DNA from: the human T2T-CHM13v2.0 reference genome, Homo sapiens
Assembly (NCBI RefSeq): GCF_009914755.1
Contig: NC_060931.1
DNA: 64,000 nt
Reading direction: 5' to 3' (one strand)
Shown: piece after piece, positions 43,520 through 58,137 of the stretch
How the letters are laid out: each line of letters starts with the position of its first letter
Numbering within the stretch: the stretch's first letter is position 1
The notes under the pieces: model-generated
Seen by the model: only the letters and a program-made list of their open reading frames with translations
Databases searched by the model: none
Told to the model about the DNA's origin: nothing
Program-made: the position numbers and the translations under genes

Positions 43520-46500
43520 GTACGGACCCCTCTCCGCGCACCCGCGCTCGGTCCTCCCGCGGCTGCACGTGGGCCGTGGCCGCCGGCTATTTTTACCCTT
43601 CTCCTTTTCTCCTTCTGCCGGGGCGCCGGGGGCTGCCTCCCGGACCAGCCCGCGTCGGTCTCCATCCTGGAAGAAACCCGGCGCTTAACACCGGCGGTGC
43701 CGCTACCGCATAGACGCGTGGTTTTGTTTTTAAACATCCTGAGCACCCTCACCTCAGCGGCTGCCCAGTAGAGAAAGTCTATTTTCCAGTGAGATGACTG
43801 GAGCAAATGTTGTTTTACAACAAACCGACGAAACAGCCCTTGTGGTTGTGGTTTTTAGTACCAGGAAGTCAGGAGGAGACCAGTTGCTAAATGTAGTTCT
43901 ATCTGGGGACTCGAGTGGGGAACAGTTTTTAAAGGCCAAAAGTCAAAGCGTCTCAAATGAACACTGAGTTACCATGTTTGGACCGACTTTTAGTATAAAG
44001 CTGTAATCCTGAAATCTGTGTCAGTAGTCCCAGTTACTATGTCATTTTAATTGGATGAATGCGTTAATGAAAAGTTTGTTTTTAAACCTCACTAAACTGC
44101 TACTTAAGATCACAGTTAATGTGAGTCCTGCTTAATTTGGAAAGCATTTAAAAAATGGAAAAGTTTCTTAAGGAAGTAAAAATTTTGCACATCTGTCTTC
44201 AAGGTACAATAATTGGCTAGGTTCTTTTGAAGAGCAGTGTTGACTAGAGTTAAGGAAAAGTCAGTTGTGAAAAATGGACATTTTTAATAGCAAAGTGATG
44301 TACTTTACTACAGAAACAGGAGGAAGTGTGCGTTGTCCTGGGGAAAATGAATCCTACTTCTTCAGTTATGTTTTATGCTGATCTACTTTATTGCAAAACG
44401 CTAATAGTAAATGAATCAAGACCACCTCCCCTCTCCCCTTTATGAAAATAAATAGAAGTATAGAAGATAAGCATTCCCATTTCATCGCATTATGTATCTG
44501 GTATTAGAAAAATTAGCAACTGAGCACAGATGAGCAGCGAAAACACGATCCCCTACATTTTTGTGCCGCTTTTACTTATATATTTGTAAACGTAGGAACT
44601 TTGGAGACTTAGTAAAGTGGAATACGTAGTAATTTATCCGTTCTCATGTTCTGTACTATCAGCACACACGCCAGCATAAATTAAAAACAGGAATGTCATG
44701 TTTCATTTTTCCCATTTTTTTAGTAACGCTTTGCAAATTCAATTGGAACGACGCTTGACTTTTAATTAGCTACCTTGTTTTAAAGTAATTTTTGCTTCTT
44801 AAAAATATTCATCCCTCTTAAAATTGGGCTATTTTTAAAAGTCATTTGCTTTTGATTTTGAGTAAAAGAACTCTACTGGTGTCCTTAAAGTGATTTGATC
44901 ACAACTAACCTAACAGTTGAAGTTGCTGTAGTCCGCACTGAAGAATATAAAAGGCAGTTTCTGAGAATTGGTGATTAGTGCGAGAATGAAGGGCAAACTG
45001 GTTTTTAATGTTTATCATTATCTTTTTAAAGTGAAAATTTGCATTTAGCAATTATTAGAAGATGAATATTTAAGTTTGCTAAAGAAGGGTGAATAGGAAA
45101 AGCCTTGTCAAGTTAATAGTTAATATTTATTTAATATGCTGATTTCTAAAAATTCATTTTCTAAGAGCTGATAATTCCCTTTGAGAAACATTATAGTTCT
45201 GTGGGTTTATTTTGTTAAGTAAATGCATTCTATTCAGAGCAAGAGACAGTTGAGCCCCATGCTATTCCTAGTAAGTAAAAATACCTAGTTGCTTAAAGTT
45301 GGAGATAAAGCATTTATCTTTTTTCTTATCTAAGTTCTAGATTTGTGCACTCATTATAGTTCTTTTAGTGCTGTTGGGGTTGGGTGACTGGGGCCTAGTA
45401 GTACAGTGACACTTTCTGAGGAACTTACAGCAGCCTTTCTCACCCGGCTTTCTGGAGACAATTGTGCCGTAGTGTGCAATGAATTTTAACTTTTAGCTCC
45501 AGTGCATTTAGAACGGTTTTAGTTATGTATCATTCTTGGAACAATTGAGAAAAGTCACTGAAATAATTTCCTGTGTTTGGTGATTCAGATGAGGAACCTC
45601 AGTTGAGAATTGCTGGAAAGACATCAGAGAAATTACCTGTTCTTATTATATGACAGGATCAGATGAAAGTGCCACATCCTGAAATCTCTGTTGAGGCAGG
45701 GAGATGGAATACATTTACGTAAAAACCCATCTTAGTGGCATTGCCTTACTGAGATTTTTACCTATATTTTAGTGGACGGGTTATTAGGAAAACAATAGAA
45801 GCATGTTTCTCATCATCTTGAGATTTAGGGAGCTAAATGAAGAATCTTATAATTAAAAAAGACTTGACTAGTTCACATTTACTTAACTTTTTAGTATCTA
45901 TTATAACATTATTGTGTTTATTCAGTTACAAATTGTATAAATGGTTATATACAAATAACTGCATCTGAAAATTGATAAAAGGATTATTTCAGAATTAGTG
46001 GAAAGTTCGTATTGTTTTTTGTAAAACTGTTGTTTTAATTGTTGTTTATATTATTAACGTCTCCTAATAAGAAAATGTGGTACTAATAAGATTCAAAATT
46101 ATTCTCTTGTGAGCTCTCATGTAATTTATAGAAAATGAAAAACAGTCCCCCCCTTTTATTTTTAACACTTAAGAGTCTAGCAAGTGGAATTGTTAGTAGT
46201 TCTCTCATAATGAATTGCCACATTGAACGAGGAAGTTTTCTGTGTTGGTTTTATGTTTTGATGTCATTTGGACATCTGTTTTGGCTATATACACTCTTAT
46301 TCTCTCTAGAGAACTGGAAGAAAAATGCCTAATCCAGATATTTCAGTGTGTAGAAATTTCCTAGAATTGAGTTGCCAGACATCAGAATGTGATTATATTT
46401 ATATAGGAGTTTTTAGGTGAAGTAAATCTTGTCCTTATTATTCTTTTCAGACTGAGGAGTGTTAAAGTGAACAGACGCTTTCTTGACTACTGCTAGTGTC

Positions 46501-47486
46501 GTCCATCACCTTTGTTTTAAAACAGGTCTTAAGGGTATTTCCTAATATTTAAAAATGTTGATGGTATTTTAGGGTTTGTTTGGCTTTAATTTACGTCTAC
46601 GTTTTTTTTTCCACTGTCAAGTAGCTGTTGTTCATAAGAGCATAATATGAGTGGTCAAATAGCCTTTAATGATGCAGCAAGGATGGGGTAGATGAATTGG
46701 GCTATAGAAATATACCAATACATGGAGATTATTTCCAGAGAAATCGTGTGGACTTCTATAATGTATCCTTGAGTCCAGAAGTGAAAATGTAAAATGACTT
46801 AATCTAAGACAACCAGTGGTGCTGGGTTGCTTTTGGCCTCCTGATTTTCTTGAGCTTTTTTGGGTGTGGCTTGCTCATGAGTATTTCAGTAGTCTGATTG
46901 TAACTCAGGTGCCTTGCTACTTGTGAAACATGTTTTCTTATATTGAAGGAGTGTGGGTTATCTCTTAAAACTGAATATGTTGAATAAGACCTGTATTTCT
47001 AGGAAGATTTCTCTTAATTTTTAAGGCAGATGTGAAGTTTTATGGTGTTAGGTTATCTTCATCAATTAACCATTATGGAATCGGTCTCAGTTATCACTTC
47101 TTACCAATATCAAGTGCCAAAATGTTTGAATTTGGGATATTGTAATTAATCTATTTCCTATTCCTGAATGTTATTTTGTGCCATTGAAGGCTTTTATGGG
47201 GAGTGGCCGAAGAGGAATGTTTGCCTCTTTCTAAGAAAAATGAGCCTTCTAACCACAACCCCTGCCACTCCTGAAGTAATAAGAATTTTGGTGGTTATTG
47301 TTCCTCACTTGTAATTTCATACCTTCGTGTTACATGTTTTGCTGTGTGTAAGTGTGGCCTGTGTCATGGAAGTTTCTGCTTTGGGAATTTTTTGGAATTA
47401 TTCTTGACTGCAAGGTGGGGAGGATTGGTGAGTTGCACAGGGCATCACCTGATCTGAGAGCAGCGTGACCTAAGAACCTGGTATTT

Positions 47487-47583
47487 TGATGCTTTGCTGG
47501 CTGGTGCAGTGCCTGAGGGAGTAAGAGCCCTGTTGTTGTAAGATAGTGTCTTACTCCCTCAGGCACATCTCCAACAAGTCTCT
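47487..47583 (+). ncRNA. MIR550A1: pre-miRNA mir-550a-1 (5p AGTGCCTGAGGGAGTAAGAGCCC 47508-47530; 3p TGTCTTACTCCCTCAGGCACAT 47547-47568)
   Basis: Matches the recalled mir-550a-1 hairpin TGATGCTTTGCTGGCTGGTGCAGTGCC...CCAACAAGTCTCT. Perfect 18-bp inverted repeat at 47509-47526 / 47549-47566. Intronic and in the same sense as ZNRF2. Confidence 0.95.
47487..47583 (-). ncRNA. MIR550B1: antisense pre-miRNA mir-550b-1 (same hairpin read on the opposite strand)
   Basis: The Watson-Crick stem folds on both strands; mir-550b-1 is recalled as annotated antisense to mir-550a-1. Confidence 0.75.
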
Positions 47584-47958
47584 TGCTCTCCTCCAATTTG
47601 ATCGCTTTGCCTGGTGACCAGTAACTAAGTTCTTCTGATTACCAAATATCATTAATGAGATATCAACTTTTAAACTATTATTATTTGGGTTTTAAGGAGA
47701 ATTGCCCTAATATTAAACTTATTACATGTAGTATTATGTATAATTGGGTATATTGGCAAATGTGTTAAAAGAGAGTGTAGGAACTGCTTTATGTAGCAAA
47801 TTACTTCCTAAGTTTTATGTGAATATTCTTAAGAACTGTTATTTGAAATGTTAGTCTGTGTTTTAATTTTGCATGTACATGACATTTATTTGTTAAGAAA
47901 TTGGACAAAACATAGGCCTTTTTGTGAACAAAGGGTTCAGAAATACCTTAGGTTCTGA

Positions 47959-48433
47959 TTTTATTCGTTTTCTAAGCTGCTTATTCACAAATGACTGCAA
48001 ATTTAGTGGTTCTAAGCAACACGTTTATTGCCTTGCAATTTCTGTGGGTCAAGAGGCTGGGCACAACTTAGCTGTGTCCTCTTTAAGACTGCAGTCAAAG
48101 TGTAGGTCAGGGCAGGGTTGTTATCTAGTGACTCAACTGGGGAAAGGTCTGCCCACAGACTTCCTTGGGTTATTGGCTGAATTTATTTCCTTGTGTCTGT
48201 TAGGTTCAGAGCAGCTTGCTTCTTCAAAGTAAGCAAAGGAAAGGTGAACTGGTGCTATGTTCTTACATAATCGTGTACATGTAATCACATACAACCCATT
48301 GCCTTTGCTGTATTTCATTCATTAGAAGCAAGTCATAGGTCCAGTTCACGTGCAAGGGGAGGGAATTATACAAAGGTTTAAACACCAGGAAGTGTAGGAA
48401 TCAAGAATAGTCACATCAGTTCTTTCTGCCACA
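47959..48433 (-). mobile_element. MLT1 (D/E-like) MaLR LTR
   Basis: AATTTAGTGG..AAGCAACAC..TTTCTGTGGGTCA; ends TCTGCCACA. Confidence 0.7.
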
Positions 48434-48519
48434 TGGATTATAGATAGATTGACAGCTGAACATGTAACTTCTTTTTTAAACTCATTTTAATTTACTTTTA
48501 AAAAGTTGTACTAATGCAT

Positions 48520-50880
48520 ATGGTTAAGTATAGCATTAATAAACATGAACTTAACCCCTTTTAGGGGCTGGACATTATAGATACTGAGGGTACAAATATG
48601 GAGCTTCTTTATGCACTGCTCAACTCTCCATTGAATTTGAGAGATGGATATATGTGATCATTATACAATGCAACAAATTCTGTAATAGAACTGTTAACAA
48701 AACACTTAGTGAAGTATCTTTGTCTAGGCTGGTCAAAAAATGCTTCACAGAGGAGGGTACGTTTGAACTGTAGTTTGAAGGATTTAGAAGTTGTACGGAG
48801 AGAGGGCAGTACAGACTAAAGAAAAATCCACAAAAGTGTGGGTTTTGATAGGGCATACTGAAAAGTTAAATATGTCTGGATTGTAGGGTGCATAGAGGAA
48901 TGATGAGAACCTGAAGCTAGAAAAATAGAAAGTGGAGCCAGTTGAAAGATTTTATAGTGCTGTAGGTTTGTTTTATCTAATGAAGTTTGAAAGCAGGGGG
49001 AGTATCATGATTAGGCCATTGGGCACAATTAACACTCGTAGTTTACATGGATGGCAACCTTCTCTAGTGGTGCAGACTTCAGGCTGTATGCAGCAACCCT
49101 GATCAGGATTCAGTTCTTAAGGAGGAGAGTGTGATAGCAGGAGAATAAGTTAGGATTCTTTTAAAATATAACTGATAGAAGATGCCTATGTTGAAAACAT
49201 GGCATTGGTGAGGGAGAAGAAAAGTTAGATTTGATTGAGATTTCTAAGCTAGAACTGATAGAATTGACCTGGGTACATAGTGATGTCTTTAACCAGTATT
49301 AAAGATGAAAAGAACAAGTTTTAGGAAATGATAATGAGTTCCTTTCAGGCCTGTTAAATTTGAGTGGCTACAGGATTTTCATCTGGATAGAAGTATACTT
49401 TAAGTGGTTGGAAACATGAGTCTCTAATTCAGGATATTACAAAAAACTGAGAAATCAATTTGCAAGTTATAAATGAATCCAGAAAGTGGATAAGATTACT
49501 AAGGGATGAATATAGATTGACGAAGGACAAGGATGGAATCCAGAGGAGCAAGTATTTTAAGAGACAGGGAGAGGAAGAGGCCAGCAGTTAGAATTCAACC
49601 AGAGGGAAAGGAAGTTTTTTAAAAACCTGGGTTTTTTTTTAATTATAAAAATAATACCTGTTCACTAGAGAAAAACTAACATACGGAAAAGCAGGTATAA
49701 AAATCGCAAATTGCTTGTAATTTTACCACCAGAAATAACTGTTAATGTCTTTTATATATGTATTTGTTTTAGACACAAAATTTGGAACATTCATTTTTAT
49801 ATTGTTTTGATTTTAACCTTTCTGATGTTCTAATACAAAGTTTTAAAGCTACACATTTTCCTCCAAGAATTGCTTTACCTGAATCCCACTGATGTTGAAG
49901 TGTTCTTGTTAACATTCAGTGAAAAATGTATTTTAATTTCCCATATGATTTCTTCTTGATCCATGGGTTACATATTCTTTGATAACATGCTGTTTCCATT
50001 TCCACCAGTTTCTAACATCACATTAAAATTTTTTATAACATGATTTTTAATTATTACCCAGTATTCCAAAAATCACTCAAATATTTAATGAGGACGCGCT
50101 TTTCCGGACACTATTCTGGGGGTACAGCAGTGAAGAAATAAGATAAAAATCCCTGCTTTTAGGGGCCTTATTATTCTATTTGGGAGAGATAGTAAACAGA
50201 CAAGTAAAATACATAGTGTGTTAGGGCATTGAGTGTAATGGAAAAAAAATGGAGTGCAAAGGCTGATAGAGATTCTGGGGTGGAGGCCTATCTATAGTTG
50301 CTATTTTAAATCGGGTTTTAAGGATGACCTCACTGACAAGGTGACAATTCAAGCAGAAAGTGAAGGAGCAAGTCATGAGGATCTCTGGGGTAAAAACATA
50401 TTCAGGCACAGGGAGCAGTAACTATAAAGGCCCTGAGGCATGAGTGTACCTGATATGTAGGTTTACTTACAGCTGGAGTGCAGAGGGCTGTAGAAGATGA
50501 GAGCATAGTGGGGTGGCATGAGGTTGGGACAGAATCATAAACTGCCTCATAACCACTGACCTGTGGTTTGCGGCTTTTGTTTTAAAGAGGGATGGGGAGT
50601 ATTTTTGTGCAGAGGATTGACATAATCTGACTTGGGTTTTAAAGGATTACTCTGGCTATTGTGTGAGGTGGCAAGAGTCAGCAAGGAGGCAAAAATCCAG
50701 ATGAAAGATAACAGTGGCTTGGACTGGGTGGCAGTGCTGGAGGTGCTAAGCAGTGGCCAGATTCTGCATATCCCGTGTTTTGAAGATAGAGCCACCTGGA
50801 TTAGATGTGGAGGTATGAGAGAAAATGAAGAGTCAAGGATTTATTTCGTTGTTCCTTATGGTTGAGCATTTTGTTTGTTT
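48520..50880 (-). mobile_element. L2 fragments (~48520-49600 and ~50070-50880) flanking an L1M relic
   Basis: L2 motifs (CAAATATTTAATGAG..CACTATTCTGGG, GTGGCCAGATTCTGCATAT..GATAGAGCC). Confidence 0.6.
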
Positions 50881-50896
50881 GGTACAGATGTAATAA

Positions 50897-51352
<456 letters not shown>

Positions 51353-51682
51353 TAATCTTTGGGACTACGTAAAATTTTTTAACCCATAAAAACTTGTGAG
51401 GTTTTTGATATTTATAAGTGCAGATTGGTGGATATATTTCGAGTAATGTCACCTATCAGAGTCATTATTTCATTCAGGGCTCTTTTTTTAGCGACGAAAA
51501 TATTAGTGTGTCAGAAAATTATAGATGTATTCAGTCATTTGAATTTCATAAGTTCCGACCATGTGGAATATCCTAATTTTTGCTTGAATTGTGATTAGTC
51601 TGTAATAGTTCTTTAATTTACCTATTTATATGTGAGCTGAGGAAAAAAAGAAGAATGAAGCCATGCATACATAATGGGTTAT

Positions 51683-51757
51683 TTATTTTTATTTTTATTG
51701 TCTTTTTTTTCTTTCCTTTTTGTGGAGAACAGGGTCTCGCTATATTGCCCAGGCAGG
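51683..51757 (-). pseudogene. 5'-truncated BC200 (BCYRN1) retropseudogene
   Basis: The reverse strand reads CCTGCCTGGGCAATATAGCGAGACCCTGTTCTCCACAAAAAGGAAAGAAAAAAAAGACAATAAAA, carrying BC200-diagnostic motifs (CCTGCCTGGGCAATATAGCG, TTCTCCA-AAAAAGG, AAAAGAC) rather than Alu consensus. Confidence 0.8.
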
Positions 51758-52189
51758 ATTATGTGTAATATGTTTCAGAGAGCCAGTGCTCAGTTTGAAC
51801 AACACATTTTGCTATTTTTGTTGGTTTTTAATTTTTTCTACTGTTACCTCTATTCTGTTCGTTCTCATTTTGTAAAGTTAATTTTGTTCTTTCTCTTAGC
51901 TTCTTTTATTTTTTATTTATTATTTTTTAATGATAAAAGCGTTTAAGGCTGTGTTTACTTCTTGTTACATATAGTCACTTCCCAAAGCTTTGGATACTTA
52001 CCATTTTCATTATCATTGAGTACACATTTTTGTTTCTTTTAAAATCAGTTCTATCGGGGAATAATCATGTTAACTGCATTTCGATATTTTCTTTTACTTG
52101 GAAGTTATTTTAAAGTGTGGCTTTATTGTGGTGGTCCTTACTAGTACCCTTTCGTTACTTCTAGTGTTAATTTAGAAATATTGCACCGT

Positions 52190-52508
<319 letters not shown>

Positions 52509-52701
52509 TTAAGCCTTTCAGTTGTAAAGGATAGAAGCATAACTCAAAATAGCATTAAGTGGAAAAACTGTATATTGTTTCAAATTATTGAAAAGGATCC
52601 TAGGGTAACTTAGAGAATTGAAGGAACAAAGGCAGGACCCAATGCCCCTGGAGCTGAAATTTAGAGAGAGAGGGAGGGGGACAGAGAGAGAGAGGGAGGG
52701 A

Positions 52702-52703
<2 letters not shown>

Positions 52704-52792
<89 letters not shown>
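52704..52792. repeat. Compound (GA)~20(GT)~24 microsatellite
   Basis: Directly visible; preceded by an imperfect purine tract from ~52663. Confidence 0.97.
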
Positions 52793-52793
<1 letters not shown>

Positions 52794-53081
52794 TTGCAGG
52801 TGTCAGCCACTGCCCCCAGGCAGTATGGGCCTTCTTTAAGCTGGGGCCTCGAGACTCTCTGTACTTCCAACTACATGCGATCTTTCAGGCCTGAAGGGAG
52901 TACCTTTCTCTACCTCCAGCAGAAAGGACTCAGATTAGCTCAGTTTGAGTTCCGCATCTGTCCATAAATTACAAAAGCAGAGATGGGATGCACTTTATGT
53001 CCAGGCTGTATTCTGTTATTATGGGGAAGAGTTTAAGTCTTCAAGTCATGTTTCTTGGGCTGACCTTAAGCAAGTTGCTTA

Positions 53082-53474
<393 letters not shown>

Positions 53475-54499
53475 TTAACTATTGAATGAACCTCTTCAAT
53501 GAATGAAAAAATTGAAACATCCAAGATTTATGCCGCACTTCCAGTCTCACCCTCCTCAGAAAGACCATGTGCTTTACTCTGATACCGTATTCCTTTCTCT
53601 TCCCAACTGCTCAGATTTTGCAAAAACAATCCAGTTTTCATTATTTTTATAATGTGTCTTCCTTATATTTACAAAATTCTCCCCTGAACATTTGAATTGA
53701 GTTTTTCAGCACATTTACTATGCCAAACACATGGTAAAAACTTTGTAAATATTGAATGTTTCCCAAAATGTATTTGATAACTACATTATTATGTTTTAAG
53801 GTAAGATTATTATCAAAATTATTGTCATGTTTAAATTATATATAGAAATGTATTGCTCTAGAAAGAAGTGGTAGGTTATGTTTTTATTTGTATAATGTAA
53901 ATATAGGTAAATTAATTTTTGAACCAAATAGGTATAATATAGATTGTACAAATGGAGGCAGTTATAAAATTGCCTTAGAAGTAAAATTATACTGTGCTTA
54001 TAGCTCTTTTATAATCATTTGAATGTGTTACAAAGTGTTATCAATGTGAGCGTGTTTTGTGGGCGGTTGGAGATGGTTGGAAGGATGGTTGATAAGGTAG
54101 GTCAGTGTTTTCATTAAGTGTGTGCTGCTGCTTCAGGGCAGAGGCTGAAAAACTTAGATTATTTTAGTTACATGATTTACTACATCTCAGGCAACCTGGA
54201 TGACTTGGCATTTACTAAAGCAATTCACTGCTTTGCTGGTGCTTCAACACCCTTCAGTCTGAGAGCCCTGAAGTCTTGATTTGTAATTCTCCAGATTTCC
54301 TGTCTATCATAGCACTTCTTCAAAAACAGCATATCTGGTCACCTTGAAATCTCAGTTCCTTAATAACTCCTTTTGTCCACTCTTCCTACCACCTTACCGT
54401 ACGCAGAGTTCTTTGGAGGATTGCCATTAGTTTCTTTAAAACAAAATAACTAAAATTAAGAATATTTAATATTATTATTGGCCACTTTAAGTGTCTTTA

Positions 54500-56750
54500 T
54501 AAATGTTGAACTAATATAGTTACTTTCATATAGTAATGTATGTGTTAGGAAAGTTACTTCATAAGCACTGTCTCTTTTGAGCCTATGTCATAAGAAGTCG
54601 GTGGTAGAGTAGATAATTTCTTTAGCTGTTATCTGGAGATGAGACTTAGAAGTTAGATCAACCACTTGTAGTATTTTAAGTGTGAGTTATTCTGTATTTT
54701 AGTTGTGAAGTGTACAGAATCTAATTAGCTTTTAATAATTCAGAGTCCTTTTCACACTTGGCTGCTTTTCTTTTCCTGTACAATTTTGTGTTTTCTCTTT
54801 TGTCTTTTAAAAATTTGTTAGTTTAAAAATTGTTTAGTTTTACAACCCTCCCTCATTTGTATAAATCTCCTCTCAGATTATTCATATGATGAGTATTGCC
54901 TGAATTTCATTTTCTTGTTAAAGTCTCTTTTGAGACCCTCTGACCTACCCTGTTCCGAATTGATTATCCTATGAGATCTGTCTTTTTTCATCATCTTGGA
55001 GATTGTATTTGCCTGCCTCTCTCTTATGTTCAGTTTCCTGGTTCCTTGAATTTATGTGTCTTCTTTCTTGATGTTCTCCATTGTTTTTAGCCGATACAAT
55101 TTCATAGTTCCTACTGAGAAAGAATATGTGTAAGGTAAAATTTTTTTGAGGCTTCCATTCCTGAAAATATTTTATTTCTGCCCTCATTTTTGATTAGTAC
55201 TTTGACTTGATATAGAATTCTAGGTTGAAGTTATTTTCCCTGAGAATTTAAAATGTGTTGCCTTGTTGCCTTCTGGCTTCTAGTGTTGCTGTTGAGCACA
55301 TAGATGTCATTATGGTTTTTGATCCTTTGTATGAAAATTTCATTATTACATGTCTTGGGAGGGAACTGTTTTCATTCATTGTGCAGCATATTTGGTAGGC
55401 TCTTTGAGTCAGCTGCTTTCTGTGATTTTTTTTTTTTGCCATTTTTTTCTTTGATGACTTAGATGTTGTACACCTAGAGTAATCCTTTGCTTTTTCTTTT
55501 TTCTCTTCAATTTTTGTATGTCTTTGGTTTTTGTTCTTTTTTTCTCTTGAGGGATTTATTTATTTATTTAAAGACAAGGTCTCGAGGCTCTGTCACCTAG
55601 GTTGGAGTGTAGTCGTGTGATCCTAGCTTACTGCAGCCTTGAACTCCTGGGCTCAAGTGATCCTCCTGCCTCAGCCTCTTGAGTAGTTGGGACCACAGGT
55701 GCATGCCACCATAGGGACTTTTAAAAACGTGATCTTATAACTCTTTTGTCAATTTTTATTTGTTTCTGTAATTTTAATTTTTAACTTAATTTTTAATGTT
55801 TTTAAAATTTCTGAGGTCTTTAAAAATAGTTTTTTTTCATATATTCCATTTTTGTTTTGTGGGTACAATACCTTTTTCTAAGAATATTACTGATACGAAT
55901 TTACATGTGCATCTGTTTGTGTATATATGTATGTGTATGTATATATATGTATGTGTATGCTTTGTTCCCTTTCCTGATGACTCGGTTTCTTCCCACTTGC
56001 TTTTTCTGTTTGTTTGGCTTCATTCTTTTGTTAGATATTTTCTTTAAATGTTTGGTGATCTTTGGCTAACTCCTGATACTTTTAAAGTGGGGGGCACTAA
56101 AAAGCAAATTGGAAGCTCTCTGTGCATGTAGTGTCCTCTGTCTGGGCCATTTTCTTAGGGATATTACTGTCTTTTCTCTTGGGCTGGTCATATTTTCCAG
56201 AAATGGCTTTTCTTGCCTGGAATACACAATCGTTTATGCTAGTGATCTAGGAGCAGAGTGAGAAGAAGATTGAGAGTCTTAATACTCAAAATGATACTTT
56301 CATTTAATCTCAATATTTAGTATCAATACAGGACCTCTGCCTTCAGCTATTCCTGTTGTCTGCAAGTCTAGAAACTTTTCCCTTTCCTAATAACAAGCTT
56401 GTAGTAGAGTGCCAGGGTTGGGGTTGCTTAGCTGCTGCAAGTCAGGGAGGACAACTAGGAGATCTCACAGCTCCTTACGCAGACTGGCGATGAATCTTTC
56501 TCTTTTAGGCCTGCCTTCACCCCTGCTTCCAGGGATATCTTGTGCTTGCCAGTTCTTGTGCCTGCTGTAAATCAGTTTGCTTCTCTGCTTTCCTAGTTCT
56601 GCAGTGAAAATTATTATTCTTTAATTTTCTTTCCAGAGTCTAAAGGTACTGCTTTTTATTTCATCTTCTTGATTTTTTATAGGTGTATTCCCTTTAAAAA
56701 TTACATTTTTATCATTTTAGTAGGATGTTTGGACTGAGCAGAAACTAATG
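54500..56750 (-). mobile_element. Ancient L1M relic with nested Alu monomer (~55555-55712)
   Basis: T-rich antisense L1 motifs (GATATAGAATTCTAGGTTGA..TTTTCC, TTCTGGCTTCTAGTGTTGCTGTTGAG). Confidence 0.6.
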
Positions 56751-56778
56751 AATGTGTACAACTAGTTATCTTTACTTA

Positions 56779-57151
<373 letters not shown>

Positions 57152-57414
57152 TCACTTTCAGTCCTCTGGTATGAACATGTTCAATTAGTCCTCTTTAATT
57201 GGAAGTTCTCTTTTTTTAATTGCAAAAGAAATAGGAATCAACCCCAAAAAATCAGGTTAGATAAAATGACAGTCACTTCCAGTCTTCCTTTGCTGATCCC
57301 ATTGTCTTCCCAGATGTAACTGTTATTTTTTATACGTATACTTCTGTTTTAATTCATTTACATACTTTTAAGTACATAGAAAAAAGTAGTTTCATTTTGT
57401 ATGTGATTTTGTGA

Positions 57415-57770
<356 letters not shown>

Positions 57771-57774
57771 GTAA

Positions 57775-58137
<363 letters not shown>

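Larger units (their letters stand above)
41950..43730. promoter_or_regulatory. ZNRF2: CpG island covering the ZNRF2 promoter, 5'UTR and exon 1
   Basis: Very GC- and CpG-rich block in a CpG-depleted background. Motifs: E-box CACGTG 42006-42011, ETS CGGAAG ~42204, NF-Y AGCCAATCG ~42235-42243, tandem GC boxes GGGGGCGGGGGCGGGG 42258-42273, YY1-like AGGATGGCGGC 42622-42632. No TATA box seen; exact TSS not determinable. Confidence 0.93.

Noticed and set aside
42790-43713. 307-aa ORF as the complete protein
   Set aside because: It starts at a GTG in the leader and runs through the splice donor. The canonical CDS begins at ATG 43051 and is spliced at 43519.
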